Shown piece after piece: positions 57,944-64,000 of a stretch of 64,000 nt of DNA; positions within the stretch are counted from its first letter, which is position 1; each line of letters opens with the position of its first letter. The notes under the pieces are model-generated. The model did not search any database. It was given only the letters and a program-made list of their open reading frames with translations, and was not told the origin of the DNA. The DNA comes from an uncultured Gammaproteobacteria bacterium. GTDB lineage: Bacteria > Patescibacteriota > Microgenomatia > Levybacterales > GWA1-39-11. The position numbers and the translations under genes are program-made. The stretch spans positions 490,729 through 554,728 of the forward strand of contig CAYVKP010000001.1 in NCBI GenBank assembly GCA_964452165.1, read 5' to 3'.

Positions 57944-59017
57944 ATGAGTAGAACGGGTGTTTTTATATTCCTCACGTCTATTATCCTTTCACTTATCGGA
58001 ATTTTTATACTTTATGAGAGCTCTACATATGCTGCTCTTCTTTCAATCGGTGATAAATATTACTTTGTCCGTAATCAGGCGGTGTGGTTTTTGATTGGTA
58101 TTGCGGTCTGTTTTCTAATTTCAAGAATTAACTACAGAAAATATTACAAACTTGCGCTGCCCATTCTGGTTTTCTCGCTCCTTCTTCTTGTCCTCGTTTT
58201 TTTCCCGGGGATCGGCGTATCTCTTAAAGGTGCGCATCGCTGGCTAAATTTTGGAGCTTTTATTGTTCAGCCGTCCGAAATCCTTAAAATAACGTTGACC
58301 ATTTATTTGGCGGCATGGTTATCGATAAAAGAGAAGAGTAAATTCCTGGCTTTCATGCTGCTTATTGCTCTTTCCGTAGTTCTGGTAATCCTTGAGCCGG
58401 ATATGGGTACGGCTTTTATAATTGCCGCTTCAGCAACTACAGTCTATTTTTTATCCGGTGCACGATTTACAGATATGATACTCATCTTTTTGATCTTAGC
58501 AGCCGGTCTTATCGGGCTAATCTTTTTTGCTCCGTACAGACTCGCAAGGCTCACGGCTTACCAAAATTTTGATTCAAAAGATTTATCTACAACCTCTTAT
58601 CATGTAAAGCAGATTTTAATAGCAGTCGGCTCAGGCGGCCTGACAGGCGTTGGATTTGGGAATTCCGTGCAAAAATATGGCTACTTACCTGAAAACACGA
58701 CCGACTCAATCTTCGCAATTTTTGCGGAAGAGTCAGGTTTTATCGGTACTACAGCGTTGATCGGAGTCTTTCTGCTTGAGGTTTTTCTTGGATTTACAAT
58801 AGCCGCCCGTGCACCCGATCCGTTTGGTAAGCTTTTGGCCTGCGGCATCATAACTTTTATATGTGTTCAGACTTTTGTTAATATAGCATCTCAGGCGGTT
58901 TTGATTCCTTTGACAGGTGTCCCTCTACCCTTTGTTTCATACGGTGGATCCTCGCTTATTATTAATCTCTCCTCCATTGGAATCTTAATGAATATCTCGA
59001 GAAAGGAGAAGAAATGA
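57944..59017 (+). CDS. ftsW: SEDS peptidoglycan polymerase FtsW
   Basis: GAHRW, QPSEILK, EPDMGT, LPENTTDSIFA, TGVPLPFVSYGGSS. Confidence 0.93.
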   Translation: MSRTGVFIFLTSIILSLIGIFILYESSTYAALLSIGDKYYFVRNQAVWFLIGIAVCFLISRINYRKYYKLALPILVFSLLLLVLVFFPGIGVSLKGAHRWLNFGAFIVQPSEILKITLTIYLAAWLSIKEKSKFLAFMLLIALSVVLVILEPDMGTAFIIAASATTVYFLSGARFTDMILIFLILAAGLIGLIFFAPYRLARLTAYQNFDSKDLSTTSYHVKQILIAVGSGGLTGVGFGNSVQKYGYLPENTTDSIFAIFAEESGFIGTTALIGVFLLEVFLGFTIAARAPDPFGKLLACGIITFICVQTFVNIASQAVLIPLTGVPLPFVSYGGSSLIINLSSIGILMNISRKEKK

Positions 59018-60126
59018 GGGTACTTATAACCGGCGGTCATTTCTCGCCCGCCTACAGTATTATCACCGAACTTAAGAAAAGGGGGCATGAGATTACGGTT
59101 GCAGGAAGAAGATATCCTTTTGAAGACGACAAAAGTGAATCCTTGGAATACCAAATTTGCCAGAGAGAAAATCTACCCTTTTATGAAATTAAGACAGGAA
59201 GATTTCAAAGAAAATTTACCGCCTACACAATAAGTTCTTTATTAAAAACACCGCCCGGCATTCTCAACTCGGTAAATCTACTTAGAAAGGCGCGTCCTGA
59301 CGTAGTGATGACGTTTGGAGGATATATAGCATTTCCAATAGGGATTGCCGCAAAAATTCTGGGGATCCCAATCGTTTTACACGAACAAACTCAAGGGGCC
59401 GGATTGAGCAGTAAATTCCTTGGGAGTTTAGCAAAAAAAATCTGTATATCTTTTGCAAGCTCCGCAAGTCTCTTCGCCAAAGATAAAACTGTTTTTACTG
59501 GTAATCCAATACGTAATGAAGTATTTAGGATTGAAAAAAAGATGGACATTCCTGCCGGAAAAGTAATCTATATAACCGGAGGAAGCACGGGATCGCACTT
59601 TATAAATGAGCGAATCTTGGAGATTGCAGACACTCTTCTTGATGAATATGTTTTGATCCATCAGACAGGTGAAAGTCTTAAGTTTAATGATTTTGAAAAG
59701 CTCTCAGAGATGAAAGACTCTTTGCCTTCGGAAAAAAAGAAAAGATACATTTTGAAGAAATTCGTCTATCCTGAAGAAGTAGGATTTGTATTTTCAAAGG
59801 CGAATTTGGTGTTGGCTCGGGCAGGGGCGAACACGATTTTCGAGTTGATAGCAACGCGCAAGATGAGTCTCTTGATACCGCTTCCCCATGGTCAAAACAA
59901 CGAACAACTTACTAACGCAAAACTTGTCAAAAAGCTTGGAATAGGTGAATATTTGGAGCAAAATGAGGCGAGTGGGGAATCGATAATTGCTAAAATTAAC
60001 CAAATGTTTGAGAGTATGAAAGACTATGTTGAAAACCTAAAATCAGCCCAGGATTTTGTAGTTGTCGACGCGGCGGCAAGAATTGTCGATGAGGTAGAGA
60101 GAGTTTATGGTAAGAAGAGCAGCTAA
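59014..60126 (+). CDS. murG: Lipid I GlcNAc transferase MurG
   Basis: GGHFSPA, FGGY, HEQT, GNPIR, GGSTGS, RAGANT, EQLTNA. Confidence 0.93.
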   Translation: MRVLITGGHFSPAYSIITELKKRGHEITVAGRRYPFEDDKSESLEYQICQRENLPFYEIKTGRFQRKFTAYTISSLLKTPPGILNSVNLLRKARPDVVMTFGGYIAFPIGIAAKILGIPIVLHEQTQGAGLSSKFLGSLAKKICISFASSASLFAKDKTVFTGNPIRNEVFRIEKKMDIPAGKVIYITGGSTGSHFINERILEIADTLLDEYVLIHQTGESLKFNDFEKLSEMKDSLPSEKKKRYILKKFVYPEEVGFVFSKANLVLARAGANTIFELIATRKMSLLIPLPHGQNNEQLTNAKLVKKLGIGEYLEQNEASGESIIAKINQMFESMKDYVENLKSAQDFVVVDAAARIVDEVERVYGKKSS

Positions 60127-60523
60127 AAGAAGAGCGAGACAAGTTTTTATAGTGGCACTTGCTGCCGCTTTTTTTTGTGTAGCGCTCGTTTTTACCATTT
60201 TTGCCCTTAGATCTATTGTTCCGCTGCTTAGGACTTCGTCCAAGAATCAGACAATGATAAAGCCGGCAGTCGCAATGACTGAGGCATCGGACTTACAAAA
60301 AAAACTTGGAGAGAATAATATAATGTTGGATTCATTCTCAGCCACAACAAGTTCTGGCATGATTGCAAAAGTTAAGGACGGTCCCACTGTATTTTTCTCC
60401 CAGGATTTACCGGCCGATTGGCAGGTGTCCTCTTTACAATTGATCCTCACGCGGCTTACAATAGATAATAAGAAGCCGAAAGTTATAGACTTACGGCAAG
60501 CTCGCCCTATTGTAAAATTTTAG
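60107..60523 (+). CDS. Minimal FtsQ/DivIB-like protein
   Basis: Basic N-terminus, one TM, C-terminal VIDLR..RPIVKF; located between murG and ftsA. Confidence 0.6.
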   Translation: MVRRAAKRRARQVFIVALAAAFFCVALVFTIFALRSIVPLLRTSSKNQTMIKPAVAMTEASDLQKKLGENNIMLDSFSATTSSGMIAKVKDGPTVFFSQDLPADWQVSSLQLILTRLTIDNKKPKVIDLRQARPIVKF

Positions 60524-60545
60524 GGCGTATAATACTATAAAAACT

Positions 60546-61838
60546 ATGCGTGATTCGCAGATTAACATAGGTGTTGACATAGGCTCCTCAAAAATAGCCA
60601 CAGTAATAGGCCAGCTTCAAGAAGAAAACGTCAATATTTTAGGAGTTTCAGAAGTTCCTTCCCGTGGAATTAGGCGCGGTCAGATTATCGATATAGAAGA
60701 AGCAGCCGTATCAATAAATGGTGCTCTTGATGCGGCAGAGCGCATGGCGGGCCATTCTGTAGACCGGGTGTTTGTATCCTTGTCAGGTGTCCACATTATG
60801 AGCCAAAATTCAAAGGGAATAGTTGCTATTTCAACTCCCTCAGGCGAGATAGGTGAGACAGACGTCCAGAGGGTTCTTGAGGCGGCAGGGGCAGTATCAA
60901 CTCCGGCTACAACAACCATACTACACGTGCTTCCAAAGACGTTTACCGTAGATGGCGAGGGTGGAATCAAGGATCCCGTTGGAATGACAGGCGTAAGACT
61001 CGAGGTCGATACCCACATAATTACGGCAAATTCCGTATCGGTCAAGAATATTGAGCGAGTTTTGGAGCAAGAGGCGGGAGTTGGAGTTGCATCTGTTGTT
61101 TTTTCGGGTCTTGCGTCTTCTCTGGCAGTTCTTTCAGATACGGAACGCGAGCTCGGCGTAATTCTGGTTGATATTGGAGCTGGGATTACCAATGTTTGTA
61201 TTTACGTTGACGGAGCCCTATCTTACTCAACCGTTATTCCAATTGGAGCCCGTCATATAACGAATGATTTGGCAATAGGACTGCGAATTTCTCTCGAATC
61301 GGCAGAAAAAATAAAAATGTACCTATCCAAAAAATTCGGAAAGAAAAAAGATAGGGAAGCGGCAGCCGAGGCGGAGGAAAATCCGGACGAGGTAGATCTT
61401 TCATCTCTTCACTTGACTGAAGAACTTAGAAAAGTTTCCCAAAAGACTTTGGTTGATGGAATTATAAAGCCTCGTCTCAATGAGTTATTTACAATGGTAG
61501 GAATTGAGCTTAAAAAAAGCGGGTTTGCAACCCAAACTCCTGCTGGAATAGTTGTAACTGGTGGGGGAGCAAGAACGGCGGGAGTAGAGGAGGCAGCAAA
61601 AAGAATGCTTTCAATGCCTGTCCGAGTTGGAATTCCTACAAATGTTACGGGTCTTATCGATGATGTTGAGAATCCTTCTTTTGCAACAAGCGTGGGTCTC
61701 CTGATGTATGCACGTAATTTCAGAACAACACAATCTGAATCATTTTTTGAAGGAGTCTTAAAGCCGCTAAACGGCGGTTTTGGAAAAGGGATTTTTGGTC
61801 CAGTTGCGCGTCTTATTAAAACGTTTTTACCTAAATGA
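60546..61838 (+). CDS. ftsA: Cell division protein FtsA
   Basis: GVDIGSSK, AERMAG, PVGMTGVRLEVD, VDIGAG, ITNDLA, VVTGGGA. Confidence 0.96.
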   Translation: MRDSQINIGVDIGSSKIATVIGQLQEENVNILGVSEVPSRGIRRGQIIDIEEAAVSINGALDAAERMAGHSVDRVFVSLSGVHIMSQNSKGIVAISTPSGEIGETDVQRVLEAAGAVSTPATTTILHVLPKTFTVDGEGGIKDPVGMTGVRLEVDTHIITANSVSVKNIERVLEQEAGVGVASVVFSGLASSLAVLSDTERELGVILVDIGAGITNVCIYVDGALSYSTVIPIGARHITNDLAIGLRISLESAEKIKMYLSKKFGKKKDREAAAEAEENPDEVDLSSLHLTEELRKVSQKTLVDGIIKPRLNELFTMVGIELKKSGFATQTPAGIVVTGGGARTAGVEEAAKRMLSMPVRVGIPTNVTGLIDDVENPSFATSVGLLMYARNFRTTQSESFFEGVLKPLNGGFGKGIFGPVARLIKTFLPK

Positions 61839-63592
61839 TTTCGAACTTATTTAAATTTATTCGCAAGCTTAAGGCTTGGGAAATATTATTTTACCTCGGT
61901 CTTTTTGCTGTCTTTATAGCAAATGCCTTCCACGAGTCCTATCCTGATGAATTCGACAATATTTTAGGCGGTTGGAACATGCTTCATGGTAGATTCCTCT
62001 ATTCCGGCTTCTTTACTCATCACGGCCCCGTTCCCTACATGCTCGCAGCAGTACTTGAGCTTTTCTCTTGGCAATCATTTGTCCGTTTTCGCGTAGTCTA
62101 TGAAATAGCGCTTGTCCTATTTAATATTTTTGTTTACAAATTCTACAAGGAGCAGATAGGGGAGAAAGTTACAAGATTTTATCCAATCTTTTTGATTTTG
62201 CTCGGAATCGGCTCGACATATTTCTGGTTGCACATGCTTCTTGCCGACAACCTTGCGGCCATCGTTCTGACTGCAGTTTACGGGCTTATAATTCTAAAGA
62301 GAATCTACGGCGTTCTATTTGACAGAAGAGATCTCATTTTTATATCTGTTTTATCCGCGCTGGGTCTCTATTCTTCACTTACTTTCACATACGTATACGG
62401 AATAATTTTCATAACAACTTTATACATATATTTTGCCCAAGCTAAATTCTCGTTCAAGAATATTAGAAAGGGGTTTATCGAGCCGCTTATAATACTGCTT
62501 ATTCCGCACGTAATTTTTGGAATATACCTCTTAGTCACTTGGAGCTTGCCCGATTACCTCTACCAAAATTTTGTTTTCAATTCTAAATACTACATTTACA
62601 ATTACCCGCGTCCCGAGGGCGCTACAATCAACCCAATTCGTTACGCGGTCTTAATTGCTCACGAGTTCTTCAATAGCTTCTATACAATTATCACCGGTCT
62701 TCAAAGCCTCAACCTTACGTTCCCAATGAACAATCTCATGGCATTTGCAGACCTTGCACTTCTAATCTACGCATTTTTGAGTAAAAGAGTTAAACTTGGA
62801 CTTTTTATTCTTGCACTTCTAATTTATTCGAATGTTCGCAGTCACCCGCTTTCAAAAGAAACAGATTATCAGGCGGCAGTTTACATCTTTTTCTCCCTCC
62901 TCAATTCCTTCATAGTAATCCAAGTTCTTGCTGAAAAACTAAGAGAAAATATTGCCTACACAAGCAAAATTATCTATACAATCTTGTTCTCAATTGCAGT
63001 TATTCTTTCATTGGCAGGAGGACTTTTTGTTATTCAAAAATTCGGAGATAAATACTACGCAAAATATATGGGTAATGCGCCGCTTATCTACGATAGACCT
63101 GAGATTGCACCCATTCTTAATAAGATTACGGACAAGAATGATATTGCCTGGATTGGTCCATTTGAATTTGAAGAGCTATTCTACTTGAATCGCGTTGGTC
63201 CATCAAAATATCAAATATTAATTCCCGGAATGGGTAAATCTCCTAAGATTCAAGCAGATATAATTGCTGCTTACAAAAAAAATCCGCCCGCGGTACTTTA
63301 TTTTGACCCCAACTTCTTTATTCTAGGATCTCAGACAAAATATTATTCCGGATTTTTCCTTGACTACCTCAATCAAAATTACTACACACTTCTTCCTTAT
63401 CGCGAAGGAGATACGGTTTACAGATCTTCTACTCCGATTCACGACGGTGAGAAGTTGGACCTTGAGACCAAACTTTATATAAGAAAAGACAAGATGAAAG
63501 AAGTGCTCGTAAAGCTTGTTTCAAATGGCTACATTCACACTAAAAATGAGCCGCCTGTCGAGCCAACAAAGACCCCTGCAAAGAAAAAATAA
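61835..63592 (+). CDS. Polytopic GT-C-like membrane protein
   Basis: YPDEFDN acidic motif after TM1, HHGP, many TMs, extracytoplasmic C-terminal domain. Confidence 0.65.
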   Translation: MISNLFKFIRKLKAWEILFYLGLFAVFIANAFHESYPDEFDNILGGWNMLHGRFLYSGFFTHHGPVPYMLAAVLELFSWQSFVRFRVVYEIALVLFNIFVYKFYKEQIGEKVTRFYPIFLILLGIGSTYFWLHMLLADNLAAIVLTAVYGLIILKRIYGVLFDRRDLIFISVLSALGLYSSLTFTYVYGIIFITTLYIYFAQAKFSFKNIRKGFIEPLIILLIPHVIFGIYLLVTWSLPDYLYQNFVFNSKYYIYNYPRPEGATINPIRYAVLIAHEFFNSFYTIITGLQSLNLTFPMNNLMAFADLALLIYAFLSKRVKLGLFILALLIYSNVRSHPLSKETDYQAAVYIFFSLLNSFIVIQVLAEKLRENIAYTSKIIYTILFSIAVILSLAGGLFVIQKFGDKYYAKYMGNAPLIYDRPEIAPILNKITDKNDIAWIGPFEFEELFYLNRVGPSKYQILIPGMGKSPKIQADIIAAYKKNPPAVLYFDPNFFILGSQTKYYSGFFLDYLNQNYYTLLPYREGDTVYRSSTPIHDGEKLDLETKLYIRKDKMKEVLVKLVSNGYIHTKNEPPVEPTKTPAKKK

Positions 63593-63609
63593 AACCCTCA
63601 TCATCTAGG

Positions 63610-63659
63610 TTGCAATGATCTCATTTTTGTGTTAGGATTGGCGTACGTTTTAGACGTAC
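63610..63659 (+). promoter_or_regulatory. ftsZ promoter and 5' leader hairpin
   Basis: TTGCAA(63610)-17-TAGGAT(63633) with a TG extension; hairpin GTACGT-TTTAG-ACGTAC at 63643-63659. Confidence 0.55.
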
Positions 63660-63665
63660 TATCAG

Positions 63666-64000
63666 ATGTTAATAAAGCCCCAAACAACTTCTTTTGCAAA
63701 AATTCGCGTGATAGGTATTGGCGGTGGAGGAGGAAACGCAATCAACTCCATGATTGTGGACAATCAGATTAAAGGCGTTGAATTTATGGCGATAAACACC
63801 GATGCCCAAGCGCTTCTTGTTAACCAAGCAAATGTAAAAGTTCAAATCGGTGAAAATCTTACTCGTGGACTTGGATCCGGAGGAAATCCTGACGTTGGAA
63901 AAAATGCGGCTGAAGAATCTCGGGAGAAAATTAAGGAGATGCTTGAAGGTACTGATATGGTTTTCTTGACCGCCGGAATGGGTGGCGGGACCGGGACAGG
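63666..64000 (+). CDS. ftsZ: Cell division protein FtsZ, N-terminal part (runs off the window)
   Basis: Own translation: MLIKPQ...[17 protein letters not shown]...AINTDAQAL...[10 protein letters not shown]...[10 protein letters not shown] (tubulin signature). Confidence 0.97.
   Translation, partial: MLIKPQTTSFAKIRVIGIGGGGGNAINSMIVDNQIKGVEFMAINTDAQALLVNQANVKVQIGENLTRGLGSGGNPDVGKNAAEESREKIKEMLEGTDMVFLTAGMGGGTGT

Noticed and set aside
1-64000. tRNA, rRNA, CRISPR array, integrase, transposase or DGR
   Set aside because: Intergenic gaps are short; I saw no cloverleaf/T-loop signatures, repeat-spacer arrays, or recombinase/RT motifs by eye. A covariance-model scan would be needed to exclude small RNAs

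Overview
Gene-dense, low-GC bacterial window, almost entirely + strand. The gene set and style suggest a Patescibacteria/CPR (Microgenomates-like) chromosome; this is inference from the short RecO, alpha2-type GlyRS, minimal FtsL/FtsQ and TM-anchored Mur ligase. It has three blocks. (1) 1-35.9 kb: a very large surface-glycan locus with RmlD (partial), GT2/GT4 enzymes, a deacetylase-formyltransferase pair, a GDP-mannose 3,5-epimerase-like enzyme, methyl- and acetyltransferases, an SGNH hydrolase, ManC, a priming phosphoglycosyl transferase, DUF4012 and many polytopic GT-C-like proteins. These include a repeated 'GT-C plus small TM partner' module and an O-antigen-ligase/GT-C fusion. (2) 35.9-47.5 kb: recO, then a type I restriction-modification operon with a Shedu-like (DUF4263) nuclease between hsdM and hsdS, then a Tag-like glycosylase, YbhB/YbcL, a wHTH plus HExxH peptidase pair, glyS and hypotheticals. 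(3) 47.6-64 kb: the dcw cluster (mraZ to partial ftsZ) with MraZ boxes, an archaeal-type GlmU, a degenerate MurF-like protein and a GT-C gene between ftsA and ftsZ. A GC-rich hairpin insert flanked by 21-bp direct repeats duplicates the murC start. Many genes look leaderless (TANNNT, 6 nt, start codon). I saw no tRNA, rRNA, CRISPR array or transposase. All assignments come from motif recognition by eye; no database searches were run.
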